Shown piece by piece: positions 43,797-51,909 of a stretch of 64,000 bases of DNA; the stretch's first letter is position 1; each line of letters starts with the position of its first letter. A program made the translations under genes and the position numbers. The notes beneath the pieces are model-generated. The model was not told where the DNA came from. It was given only the letters and a program-made list of their open reading frames with translations, and searched no databases. The stretch is taken from the sequence record MH791413.1; one strand, 5' to 3'. The DNA comes from Escherichia phage EcSzw_1.

Positions 43797-45262
43797 TATT
43801 TATTTGCCTTATTCGCTGTACTTGGGTCTTTTGCTGAAGGGGTCTTCGCAGTTCCCTCTCCGGCAGTCTTATAACCATCACCTGAACGACTTTGAGTGTT
43901 AGGAGATAGTTCTTCAGACACAGGTTGAGACTCATCAGCAGGTGGTAAGCCAATGTGTTCTCTAAGCTTGTTAGACAGTTCCTTATCAACTTCCATAGCA
44001 CCAACTGCGACGGTCTTCTGAATATAAGCACCGATAGCTTCAAGGTCTGGTGTTTCAATGTCGTCATAAACGATTTGAACGTGTTCTTCATCATCCCACA
44101 TATTCAGAGCGTAAGTCTGTGCTACTAGGTCACGGTTAATTACGTTCTTAATTTGTTTCAGAAGAATATCTACAGACATTGCAAGTAAACTTGTCTTAGA
44201 ATCTGCTAAAGAGAATGAACCATATTTTGACTGACCCATTGCAAGAACATCCGACATAAACGCCATCATAATCTGCTTAGAATAACGGTCAATGATAGCT
44301 CCGGTGTCATAAGCCTTTGCACCCTGTCTAGATACTAATGAGAACTCAAAGATATCCTCTTTAGTTTCTGGGTCGATGAATCTAGGCCAGATTAAACCTG
44401 CTCGGTCATTTGCAATCATATCATTAACTACAGATTTGCAGTATTCTACGAAAGCTTTCTTTTCAGGTTCAGCATTCTCATCCAGATAATCAGGTGGTAA
44501 ACCAATCTTTGGCATACCTACTAAGTCTCTGGAAACACCAACTGCTTCGTACTCTTCAATTTGTACTTTATATTTCCAAGGCACATAAGCATTAAGTAAT
44601 GGTGAACGACCTTCTGGGTTACCGTACTCATCATCATATTTGAACAGCAAGAATTTACTTCTTGGAAGTTTTCTTGTTAGTGGCTGTTCAGCCAGATTAA
44701 TAGCTCCAGCAATGTGTGAAACGTTTCTCAGATTCTGTCTAACACCTGTTACTTTTCGATAGTCTGAATCAAAATACCATTTATCAAGAGTTGACTGGTT
44801 TCTGATAGGGAGTTTAGCCCAACCAATTAAACCGTCATTATATCTTGAAGGGTATTTCCCTTTATTACCCTGACGCTTCTTGTAAACTTTCTCATTCACG
44901 CAGAATCCGTAAGTACAGAATGACATTACAGAGTTAATAAAGTCAGCCCAATCATGCTCCATGTCATCCATCAGAGAGTTAAAGAAGTCTGCTCGTTCAA
45001 TCATCTTAGGGTCTTGTTCTTTCCCCTTCGGAGGAACAAATCTCCAATTGACTTTTCTAACAAACATCTTAATAATGTTTACAGATGCCGCTACAGCAGG
45101 GTCACGCATCATCAGTTGGAAAGTCTTAATACTTTCTGGGAATCTTAAAGCTTGTCTAGGTTCTTCGTGGATTCTTCCATTACGAACCTTTAAACCAAGG
45201 CTCCCAACCTCACCCATTCTGAATGGAGGTAGGCTTTCTTGTGTTTCTGTAATTTCTGCCAT
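43796..45262 (-). CDS. Portal protein
   Basis: About 488 aa, directly downstream of terminase; ATG 45262 with AGGTGAGAAGA SD. Confidence 0.6.
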   Translation of the reverse strand: MAEITETQESLPPFRMGEVGSLGLKVRNGRIHEEPRQALRFPESIKTFQLMMRDPAVAASVNIIKMFVRKVNWRFVPPKGKEQDPKMIERADFFNSLMDDMEHDWADFINSVMSFCTYGFCVNEKVYKKRQGNKGKYPSRYNDGLIGWAKLPIRNQSTLDKWYFDSDYRKVTGVRQNLRNVSHIAGAINLAEQPLTRKLPRSKFLLFKYDDEYGNPEGRSPLLNAYVPWKYKVQIEEYEAVGVSRDLVGMPKIGLPPDYLDENAEPEKKAFVEYCKSVVNDMIANDRAGLIWPRFIDPETKEDIFEFSLVSRQGAKAYDTGAIIDRYSKQIMMAFMSDVLAMGQSKYGSFSLADSKTSLLAMSVDILLKQIKNVINRDLVAQTYALNMWDDEEHVQIVYDDIETPDLEAIGAYIQKTVAVGAMEVDKELSNKLREHIGLPPADESQPVSEELSPNTQSRSGDGYKTAGEGTAKTPSAKDPSTANKANK

Positions 45263-45279
45263 TCTTCTCACCTGAATTG

Positions 45280-46881
45280 TTAACGTCTAAGCCCCTCATA
45301 AGGATTGCTTCTCACTAAATCAGTGTGAGTACCCATAGAAGGTGGCTTGAATAGTTTTACTTCGTTGAGACTGTTGAAAGCATCGCTTGTGGCATCCACT
45401 TGGTCATCCTTGGTTTTCCCATCTCCACAAAAACCTTCCAGTTCTTGGAAATAGGCTTCGTTCCAGCTACCTCTAACGATTTTTACCAATCCTGCTTCTG
45501 AAGCAGCAGAGAAACCCGCAAAACGGGTAACTTTATCTTTATTGGTTGGTTTGGCTCTTGCACGATAACCTTTCTCGGCAAGTTTTCTGATAAGAGATGT
45601 TGCGTAGGATTTACCAGCAGCGCCTGGGTCTTGAGGAATAAAGATACCAGTACGTTTGCCGTCGCTTTCAGCAGTCAAGTTAATTTGTGTCTCGACTCCA
45701 GAAGGTCTATCTCTAAATCTTACTACGTTCATGACATAATAGCAACCATCTTTTTTAGATTTAGCCATTCTAACACCCGCTGTCCAGTCAGGGTTAGGGT
45801 TAACTTCAGAAGGTAAAGTAGCTGCTAAGTCCCATGCTCTAACGTCAAATACGTCAGGTGGAACTGAGTCAACAATCTCACACCATTGCCTTTGCCAATA
45901 GTTAGAACCTTCTGCACGAGCTTTCCAGTTACCAAATCTCAAACGTGCAACGTTTACTGGAGTGTTGTTTTCCAGCTTACCACGATACTTCGGTTCCAAG
46001 AAGTCAAGAATTGGGTTATCATCAATCGTACCAGAGATAAAGGTATACGTCTGAGGAATCTCCAGAGGGAACATTTCAAGAATCTTATCTCTATCCCAAT
46101 CAGATACCATCACACCATCATTCATCACATACCAACGAATACGACCACATTTCTCAGGGTCTGGGTAACCCTCTTCGTCTAAGAACGGTTCTACCCAATC
46201 ATAAATGAAGTGGTCTCTGTCTGGGTTCATGGAAATCTTCATGTAAGAGTCACCTTCAGCACCAGAACGTAAACGAGTTTGCAGGTATGAAATCTGTGAC
46301 GCAGAGAAGTGTGTACCTTCGTCAAAGTAAATTGCTGAGTATTCAATACCCTGATGACCTTCAGCGTGTTTTTCAAGTTCTAAGTAGGTAAACTTGATAG
46401 TAGCCCCAGAAGGGAATACAATAGTCATCTTTTGTTCATGTGGAACACCACCGAACTTACCAAAAAGCTTCTTCGCAGCAGGCCATAAACCACCTTGTAA
46501 CTGTGTCGTGTTTCGACGGAAGTATACAGCGTTGTAGTTAGGGTCTTCGATAAATCTGAGTGAATCCATCAGCAAAGCAGCAGTCTTACCAGCACCAGCC
46601 GCACCACCATATAGAACTAAGTCAGCATTTGTGTTAAGAAATACTTCCTGAGAGCCGGGTTGTGGAGCTACATAGTTCTTATCAGTCATAAGTTTGAAGA
46701 TAAGTCTTACTTGGTCTGGAGTGTATCTTAATAAAGTCAGAATCTGAGTAGGAAGGAATTTAGAGGGGTCTTTACCAAATGATTTGATAATATCTTTAAC
46801 TTCATCAGAAAGCCCCAACTCTCCAGCTAGGACTTTCCTTACATCTTCCACTCGCTTCTGCTTAACAGCATTCAAATCCAT
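45280..46881 (-). CDS. Terminase large subunit
   Basis: Walker A LYGGAAGAGKTAAL; about 533 aa; ATG 46881 with GGAGG SD (ORF-track TTG 46896). Confidence 0.8.
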   Translation of the reverse strand: MDLNAVKQKRVEDVRKVLAGELGLSDEVKDIIKSFGKDPSKFLPTQILTLLRYTPDQVRLIFKLMTDKNYVAPQPGSQEVFLNTNADLVLYGGAAGAGKTAALLMDSLRFIEDPNYNAVYFRRNTTQLQGGLWPAAKKLFGKFGGVPHEQKMTIVFPSGATIKFTYLELEKHAEGHQGIEYSAIYFDEGTHFSASQISYLQTRLRSGAEGDSYMKISMNPDRDHFIYDWVEPFLDEEGYPDPEKCGRIRWYVMNDGVMVSDWDRDKILEMFPLEIPQTYTFISGTIDDNPILDFLEPKYRGKLENNTPVNVARLRFGNWKARAEGSNYWQRQWCEIVDSVPPDVFDVRAWDLAATLPSEVNPNPDWTAGVRMAKSKKDGCYYVMNVVRFRDRPSGVETQINLTAESDGKRTGIFIPQDPGAAGKSYATSLIRKLAEKGYRARAKPTNKDKVTRFAGFSAASEAGLVKIVRGSWNEAYFQELEGFCGDGKTKDDQVDATSDAFNSLNEVKLFKPPSMGTHTDLVRSNPYEGLRR

Positions 46882-46902
46882 TAAGCGCCTCCGCAAATAG
46901 AA

Positions 46903-47100
46903 TTATTCAGCAGCAACTTCTGGAGACTCAACACCAAACTTCTCATCAACTGCGTTTAACAGTTCGTCCATGTTGGTTTCTTTAATGTCTTTACCAGTTG
47001 CATTAGCTAGACGGTGAGCAACACTGATAATAGTGTTCTGCAACAGTTCGGCTCTTTTGTTTGCTTCATAAAGTTCTTTATAAACATTAGTCTCGTTCAT
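46903..47100 (-). CDS. Hypothetical small protein
   Basis: 65 aa; too small for a typical small terminase. Confidence 0.4.
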   Translation of the reverse strand: MNETNVYKELYEANKRAELLQNTIISVAHRLANATGKDIKETNMDELLNAVDEKFGVESPEVAAE

Positions 47101-47138
47101 TGTATTTCTCCAAAAATAATAAGTGAATGGTTCCCCTG

Positions 47139-47162
47139 AAAAAAGACGGCGCAGAGACCGTC
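47139..47162 (-). terminator. Rho-independent terminator at 3' end of tRNA array
   Basis: Minus strand stem GACGG/CCGTC followed by TTTTTT. Confidence 0.55.
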
Positions 47163-47322
47163 AAGGAGAAACCACAATGTATGCCAGAGACATACTGTAT
47201 AAGCCTTCTTATAAAGTATACATCTGTAAAAAAGCCCTGTCTAAAAATACTCTTCGGTAGCGAAAGGAAGAATACTCGTAGCAGGGCGTTATTATTTTAT
47301 TTTGAGAGAGAGTAAAATAATT

Positions 47323-47398
47323 TGGAGCGTCGAAAGGGAGTCGAACCCTCATAATCCTGTTTTGCAGACAGGTACATAGCCATTTCTGTCATCGACGC
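47323..47398 (-). tRNA. tRNA-Cys (GCA)
   Basis: Hand-folded cloverleaf: acceptor GCGTCGA/TCGACGC, anticodon loop CTGCAAA, T-loop TTCGACT, CCA encoded. Confidence 0.75.
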
Positions 47399-47405
47399 AT
47401 TAAAT

Positions 47406-47498
47406 TGGAGGAAGATACCAGACTTGAACTGGTACGCCGATTTCTCGGTTACTGACAGTTTAGCAAACTGTTCCCTTACCTTTTAGGGTTAATCTTCC
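47406..47498 (-). tRNA. tRNA-Ser (GCT), class II
   Basis: 93 nt; acceptor GGAAGAT/ATCTTCC; anticodon loop TTGCTAA; long variable arm. Confidence 0.75.
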
Positions 47499-47500
47499 AA

Positions 47501-48235
47501 TTATTTGTTCAAGGCATCCTTCATTTCTGGAGTTGCAATTGAATCAATCACGCCAGTTTTACAAGCATCATCAAACCAGTCTGGTAAGACACCTGCAAGG
47601 AAACCATTAATATTCGTTTTCAAGTAATCAGCAATTAACGCTGCTTCATCTGCAATCATCTGAGTGACCTCATTAGTGTATGCAGTAATCTTAGCAATGC
47701 CCTGATTAATCGCTGTAACGGCTTGTGAGGCTAAGGAAGAGATAGTGTCTAGTCCTTTGTCGATTGCGTCTTTTAAGTCGCTTAGAATGCCATTCACAGT
47801 GTCTATGGAGGTGTTAATCAAATCCATAGCTTGTTGACCGTACTCTGTAGCTACTCCCATGATTCCACTAAACGGTGTACAACCAACTTGTTCTCCTGCT
47901 GCACCCATAACGTTAGAGTAACCTTTAGCTACCTGCATACGTGATGAGAACTCATCTACAGAAGTCTGACCGTATTGAGTCAGTGTGTTAGTTGTCGTTG
48001 TAGTGCTTCCAAGGCTCGTTGAGAAGCTACTTAACAAGGCTGTAGTCAAACCAGCAGCAATAAGTTTATCTTTTACTGTAGGGTCTGATACCGAGCTAAT
48101 AGAGCTTACTAATGAAGTAGAAGCGGCAATTGTGCCACCAAGGATTGCTGCACCAGTAATAAGGGGGTTGGAAAACCCGTTACCGGATTTCAGGAGATTA
48201 AAAATCTCTTTACCTTGTTCTGTCATCTCTTTCAT
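47501..48235 (-). CDS. Hypothetical Ser/Thr/Ala-rich protein inside tRNA array
   Basis: 244-aa ORF. Confidence 0.5.
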   Translation of the reverse strand: MKEMTEQGKEIFNLLKSGNGFSNPLITGAAILGGTIAASTSLVSSISSVSDPTVKDKLIAAGLTTALLSSFSTSLGSTTTTTNTLTQYGQTSVDEFSSRMQVAKGYSNVMGAAGEQVGCTPFSGIMGVATEYGQQAMDLINTSIDTVNGILSDLKDAIDKGLDTISSLASQAVTAINQGIAKITAYTNEVTQMIADEAALIADYLKTNINGFLAGVLPDWFDDACKTGVIDSIATPEMKDALNK

Positions 48236-48252
48236 TAAGCACCTTTTGAAAT

Positions 48253-48329
48253 TGGCGGGTTAGTGGGATTTGAACCCTCTTCTCATGTTTTTCAGACACG
48301 CGCTTTAACCATATAAGCTACTTAACCCA
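48253..48329 (-). tRNA. tRNA-Phe (GAA)
   Basis: Anticodon loop CTGAAAA; T-loop TTCAAAT; 3' register uncertain by 1 nt. Confidence 0.65.
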
Positions 48330-48336
48330 TTAAATT

Positions 48337-48413
48337 TGGGGTGACCTACGGGAATCGAACCCGTATAGACCATGTTCACAGCATGGGTCATTATCCATTT
48401 ATGATAAGGCCAC
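48337..48413 (-). tRNA. tRNA-His (GTG)
   Basis: Anticodon stem-loop CCATG-CTGTGAA-CATGG; T-loop TTCGATT. Confidence 0.7.
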
Positions 48414-48444
48414 ATGTAAGGACTCTCGTAAGAACCCTTAGAAG

Positions 48445-48520
48445 TGGCAGCAGCGTAAGGATTTGAACCTTAATCTTTCAGCTTCAGAGGCTGGAGCATT
48501 GCCAGTTATGCTACACTGCT
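48445..48520 (-). tRNA. tRNA-Gln (CTG)
   Basis: D stem GCAT/ATGC; anticodon loop CTCTGAA; T arm TAAGG-TTCAAAT-CCTTA. Confidence 0.65.
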
Positions 48521-48527
48521 ATTAATT

Positions 48528-48606
48528 TGGTACTCCATATCGGATTCGAACCGATACATAACACAGATTTTAAGTCTGGCCTCTCTGCCAATTGGAGTAA
48601 TGGAGC
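48528..48606 (-). tRNA. tRNA with Leu anticodon TAA but short (7-nt) variable region
   Basis: 79 nt; anticodon CAGA-CTTAAAA-TCTG; D loop AATTGGCAGAG; A73; no long variable arm. Confidence 0.55.
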
Positions 48607-48608
48607 AT

Positions 48609-48685
48609 TGGCGGGGGATGTTGGAATTGAACCAACTTCTTCGATTTCAAAGACCGAGGTTTTAACCTTGTAAACTAATCCCCTT
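48609..48685 (-). tRNA. tRNA-Gln (TTG)
   Basis: Anticodon stem-loop TCGGT-CTTTGAA-ATCGA; T arm GTTGG-TTCAATT-CCAAC. Confidence 0.65.
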
Positions 48686-48692
48686 TAAATCT

Positions 48693-49250
48693 TTACTTTC
48701 TTAGTGGATGAATAAAGAATGCCAACATAATTCTTTCCCTTGAGAATGCTCTTTCTTCTGGGACAACACTTTTAAGTTTCCATCCAACATAAATTCTCCA
48801 GTAAAACTGTTTACCAAAGACTTTAATTGATGGGATAAAAGCGAATAATCCCCAAGCATTACTATTCCACATTAGGAGATAACCTGTCTGATTATCTTCA
48901 GGGTTAGAACTTACGTTGATATTACCTTTCCACTTAGTAACATCTTTTACATCTCTTCCCAATACATGGTAAGAGAAGTTATAAGCTTTGTTTCTCCAGA
49001 GCCATCCAACTCTCTGCATATAAACACCGAGCTTGCCAATCTTTCGAATCTTAGCCCACCGTTCAACGTGACCTTTGTCACCGTCAATCGGGTTGTCATA
49101 AGTCTCCATCCATCTGAATCCAAAAGGCAAGTGACCTTTCTTCTCACTGTAGAATGGAACTACAAAGGGTGCTAAGATTACTGCTAAGATTGCTGCAAAT
49201 GGCTCTAGCAAAGCTAGGAAAATCCATGAAGCATACTTCAAATATCTCAT
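48693..49250 (-). CDS. Membrane protein, hypothetical, inside tRNA array
   Basis: 185 aa with N-terminal hydrophobic helices. Confidence 0.5.
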   Translation of the reverse strand: MRYLKYASWIFLALLEPFAAILAVILAPFVVPFYSEKKGHLPFGFRWMETYDNPIDGDKGHVERWAKIRKIGKLGVYMQRVGWLWRNKAYNFSYHVLGRDVKDVTKWKGNINVSSNPEDNQTGYLLMWNSNAWGLFAFIPSIKVFGKQFYWRIYVGWKLKSVVPEERAFSRERIMLAFFIHPLRK

Positions 49251-49269
49251 TTAAATAGCCTCTTTAAAT

Positions 49270-49346
49270 TGGTGCAGAATAAGGGATTCGAACCCCTAAC
49301 AAACAACTTCGTAGGTTGCTGCTCTATCCATTTGAACTAATTCTGC
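49270..49346 (-). tRNA. tRNA-Arg (ACG)
   Basis: Acceptor GCAGAAT/ATTCTGC; anticodon loop CTACGAA; T-loop TTCGAAT. Confidence 0.7.
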
Positions 49347-49508
49347 AATGTTCTTTTGAGATTCCTGTCTAGCTCTCTTCTTATCTCTTCTGAGAAAGCG
49401 TCTACGATGGTCTGTACGCCACTTGTAGTAATCTTCTTCACCATCGTGAGAAGCACAGCAACCACAACTTGCAATTTCAACTTTACCGTGTCTACCATAA
49501 GGCTTCAT
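49296..49508 (-). CDS. Small Cys-rich basic protein, questionable (3' end overlaps tRNA-Arg)
   Basis: 70 aa with AGGAGA SD before ATG 49508, but last 50 nt overlap tRNA 49270..49346. Confidence 0.3.
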   Translation of the reverse strand: MKPYGRHGKVEIASCGCCASHDGEEDYYKWRTDHRRRFLRRDKKRARQESQKNIAELVQMDRAATYEVVC

Positions 49509-49524
49509 AGGAATCTCCTAAAAT

Positions 49525-49602
49525 TGGTGTTCCAAGACGGATTCGAACCGTCACTAATACAAGGTTTGAGCTTGCATCCTCTGCCAATTGGGATACTGGA
49601 AC
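49525..49602 (-). tRNA. tRNA with Leu anticodon CAA but short variable region
   Basis: 78 nt; anticodon GCAAG-CTCAAAC-CTTGT; D loop AATTGGCAGAGG; A73. Confidence 0.55.
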
Positions 49603-49604
49603 AT

Positions 49605-49679
49605 TGGTACTCGCTGAAGGACTTGAACCTTCTTCACCAACTTGTAAGGATGGGGCTTTACCGTATAAACTAAGCGAGT
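49605..49679 (-). tRNA. tRNA-Val (TAC)
   Basis: Acceptor ACTCGCT/AGCGAGT; anticodon loop CTTACAA; T arm GAAGG-TTCAAGT-CCTTC. Confidence 0.65.
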
Positions 49680-49775
49680 ATGAAAAGAGGTCTGAAGTTG
49701 TGCCGCTAACTCAACTCCGTGGAATTTGTTACGGTCTTCAGTTGACTCAAGCGGTCTTTCACTCGACCTCTGAAT
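49680..49775 (-). ncRNA. Structured non-tRNA spacer element (candidate small stable RNA)
   Basis: 96-nt gap between two tRNAs; nested inverted repeats GAGGTC/GACCTC, TGAAG/CTTCA, CCGT/ACGG; no T-loop. Confidence 0.3.
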
Positions 49776-49852
49776 TGGTGCTGCTCACAGGAGTTGAACC
49801 TGCATCTCCATCCTTACAAGGGATGTGTAATAGCCAATTATACGAAAGCAGC
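49776..49852 (-). tRNA. tRNA-Thr (TGT)
   Basis: Anticodon stem-loop CATCC-CTTGTAA-GGATG; T-loop TTCAACT. Confidence 0.7.
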
Positions 49853-49858
49853 ATTATT

Positions 49859-49933
49859 TGGAGCATCCAGAGGGAATCGAACCCTCAACCTCAGTTTGGA
49901 AGACTGTAATTTTCCCGTTTAAACTATGGATGC
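49859..49933 (-). tRNA. tRNA-Gly (TCC)
   Basis: Acceptor GCATCCA/TGGATGC; anticodon loop CTTCCAA; T arm GAGGG-TTCGATT-CCCTC. Confidence 0.7.
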
Positions 49934-49939
49934 ACTAAT

Positions 49940-50015
49940 TGGTGGAGAAGCAGGGAATTGAACCCTGTACTTAAGTTTGCAAAACTTATGTTTTAACCAT
50001 GTAAACTACATCCCC
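49940..50015 (-). tRNA. tRNA-Ala (TGC)
   Basis: Anticodon stem-loop TAAGT-TTTGCAA-ACTTA; T arm CAGGG-TTCAATT-CCCTG. Confidence 0.7.
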
Positions 50016-50021
50016 GATATT

Positions 50022-50097
50022 TGGTACAGGTGGAGGGAATTGAACCCATCGTCTTACTGATTAAGAGTCAGCCGCATAACCATTTTGCTACACCTGC
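50022..50097 (-). tRNA. tRNA-Lys (CTT)
   Basis: Anticodon GCTGA-CTCTTAA-TCAGT; T stem weak (GGG/CCC plus two mismatches). Confidence 0.55.
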
Positions 50098-50104
50098 ATT
50101 AATT

Positions 50105-50181
50105 TGGTACACCTAGAGAGAGTCGAACTCACACTGAACAGATTCTAAGTCTGCTGCCTCTTCCAATTGGGCTATAGGTGC
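50105..50181 (-). tRNA. tRNA with Leu anticodon TAG but short variable region
   Basis: 77 nt; anticodon GCAGA-CTTAGAA-TCTGT; D loop AATTGGAAGAGG; A73. Confidence 0.55.
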
Positions 50182-50182
50182 A

Positions 50183-50635
50183 TTAAATCAAATGTCTTGA
50201 GAATTGACTATGACAATTTGGACACAAGAATCTTAAGTTTTCTTTTCTATCGTCTAACCAGTTTTCGTTGATATGGTCAACATCAAGTGTTAGTGGTTTA
50301 CCTAACCATTCTGGTTGCTGTCCACACTTAGAGCATTTGTATTCAACACCAGAAGCTATTAAAGCCCTTCTAAGTTGTGTTGACCTTGCTCTTTCACCTG
50401 ATTCACGAAGAATCAAGATTTCTTCAGGCTTTCTTTTTGGTAAAGTTTTAACCTTACCTGCCTTTTGTCCAAGGAAATGAGAAGTATCTAACTCAAACTT
50501 CTCTATAACACGTTTCAAGTGTGACTGAGAACCACCTGCTGGTTTTCTTCCAAGCTTGATAAGTACTTCTCTAAATGATACTGATTCTTTCACTAAAGGT
50601 TCAAGAACCTCTTTAGTCAAACTTCTACGTGTCAT
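50183..50635 (-). CDS. HNH homing-type endonuclease
   Basis: C-terminal LDVDHINENWLDDRKENLRFLCPNCH; inside tRNA array. Confidence 0.7.
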   Translation of the reverse strand: MTRRSLTKEVLEPLVKESVSFREVLIKLGRKPAGGSQSHLKRVIEKFELDTSHFLGQKAGKVKTLPKRKPEEILILRESGERARSTQLRRALIASGVEYKCSKCGQQPEWLGKPLTLDVDHINENWLDDRKENLRFLCPNCHSQFSRHLI

Positions 50636-50893
50636 GTGTCAATCTCCCATTAAATCTTTGTAGAGAACTGCTAAGACGCCAAAGCAACAATGGTATCAAA
50701 TGCCTTAACAATTCTCTAAAAAGACCTAACTGGTCTTTGCATAGTCTTGTTTAATCCGGTGACTAGAACCTTTGGAGAGCTTGATATTATCTCTTCTCCG
50801 TGACACCTACTAGGTGCTTTACTGTGCGTGTACGACAATACACGAGGGAAACCGAACGCAACGACGAAGTAGCGCAGGTCTTAAATCTCATTA

Positions 50894-50983
50894 GGCGGTA
50901 GATAAAGGAGTCGAACCCTCACCGTATCACTACAATGGCAACAGTTTTCAAGACTGTTTGGCTTCCATTAGCCGCTATCTACC
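50894..50983 (-). tRNA. tRNA-Ser (TGA), class II
   Basis: Acceptor GGTAGAT/ATCTACC; anticodon ACAGT-CTTGAAA-ACTGT; long variable arm; 3' CCA not encoded. Confidence 0.65.
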
Positions 50984-50996
50984 CCTAATAAGACTT

Positions 50997-51079
50997 TGGC
51001 ATGGGACGGAGGATTCGAACCCCTTTGAGTAAGTTTTGGAGGCTTACGCTCATGCCTTAGAGTCTTAACATCGTCCCAT
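50997..51079 (-). tRNA. tRNA-Trp (CCA), atypical extended D region
   Basis: Acceptor ATGGGAC/GTCCCAT; anticodon loop CTCCAAA as in E. coli tRNA-Trp; T-loop TTCGAAT; D region about 7 nt longer than canonical. Confidence 0.5.
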
Positions 51080-51221
51080 ACTACAATTCGAAGCTTACCG
51101 TATTATCACAACACTGTAAAGCCCCTTCTCAGATTTTTTACATGTTCTGGAAAACATGAGATACAGACCACCTCCATACAGGAAGACCCGCTAAGGTCGT
51201 CTAAGTAATCTGCTAACTATT

Positions 51222-51289
51222 TGGCAGTCAAGGTAGGAGTCGAACCTACTTACTATCGAAGGTAGCTAACCTTCAGTAACTTTCCGACT
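51222..51289 (-). ncRNA. Degenerate tRNA-like element lacking a D arm
   Basis: 68 nt; canonical T arm GTAGG-TTCGACT-CCTAC and CCA; hairpin GAAGG-TTAGCTA-CCTTC; no D arm. Confidence 0.35.
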
Positions 51290-51348
51290 TTCGTACACCT
51301 GCTAACATGTATTCAGATGGCTTACTAGTGTTGTCTTGACCATTAAAC

Positions 51349-51425
51349 TGGCACACCCTACAGGACTCGAACCTGTAACTCAGTGCTTAGAAGGCACTTG
51401 CTCTATCCAATTGAACTAAGGGTGC
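51349..51425 (-). tRNA. tRNA-Arg (TCT)
   Basis: D arm GTTC-AATTGGATA-GAGC; anticodon AGTGC-CTTCTAA-GCACT; T arm ACAGG-TTCGAGT-CCTGT. Confidence 0.75.
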
Positions 51426-51675
51426 ATTCTTATCTTTAAAGGCTCTCTTAGAAAACCCTTAAAGATGCCCACATTATTAATCATACCGTGGGCGAGTACG
51501 CCAAATTCTTTGATGAGGGGTTGGAAGACCTCACTGGTGTTTAGCCTATTAAGCTACTGCCAGAAAAACATTATCGTTTGCATTTATTTTAGTTTGCAAA
51601 AATAGACGCTACGCTAACGAAAACTAAGGTTACTATAAAGTGGTCACATCTGAATGTCAACAACTTTATCAAATT

Positions 51676-51750
51676 TGGTAGTGGTAGCAGGAATCGAACC
51701 TGCGATGTTCGGTTATCAGCCGAGTGTTATGACCGTCTTAACTATACCAC
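51676..51750 (-). tRNA. tRNA-Ile (GAT)
   Basis: Anticodon loop CTGATAA; T arm GCAGG-TTCGATT-CCTGC. Confidence 0.7.
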
Positions 51751-51753
51751 CAT

Positions 51754-51830
51754 TGGAGGTTCAGATGGGATTCGAACCCACATTCATAGGGCTTATGAAA
51801 CCCTTGCATTACCTTATCTGCGACTGAACC
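51754..51830 (-). tRNA. tRNA-Met (CAT); could be initiator, elongator or Ile2
   Basis: Acceptor GGTTCAG/CTGAACC; anticodon AGGGT-TTCATAA-GCCCT with three G:C pairs; T-loop TTCGAAT. Confidence 0.65.
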
Positions 51831-51909
51831 ATAATAAGTTGCCCTTTGGAGAAGAGCTATTGAGTGGGTGTTTCCAGCCGCGCAGGTGTTCTTCAGTTAA
51901 GGGCGAATT

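Noticed and set aside
49356-49909. Plus-strand ORFs (101-105 aa) running across the tRNA array
   Set aside because: They overlap multiple tRNA genes on the opposite strand; translations are low complexity.
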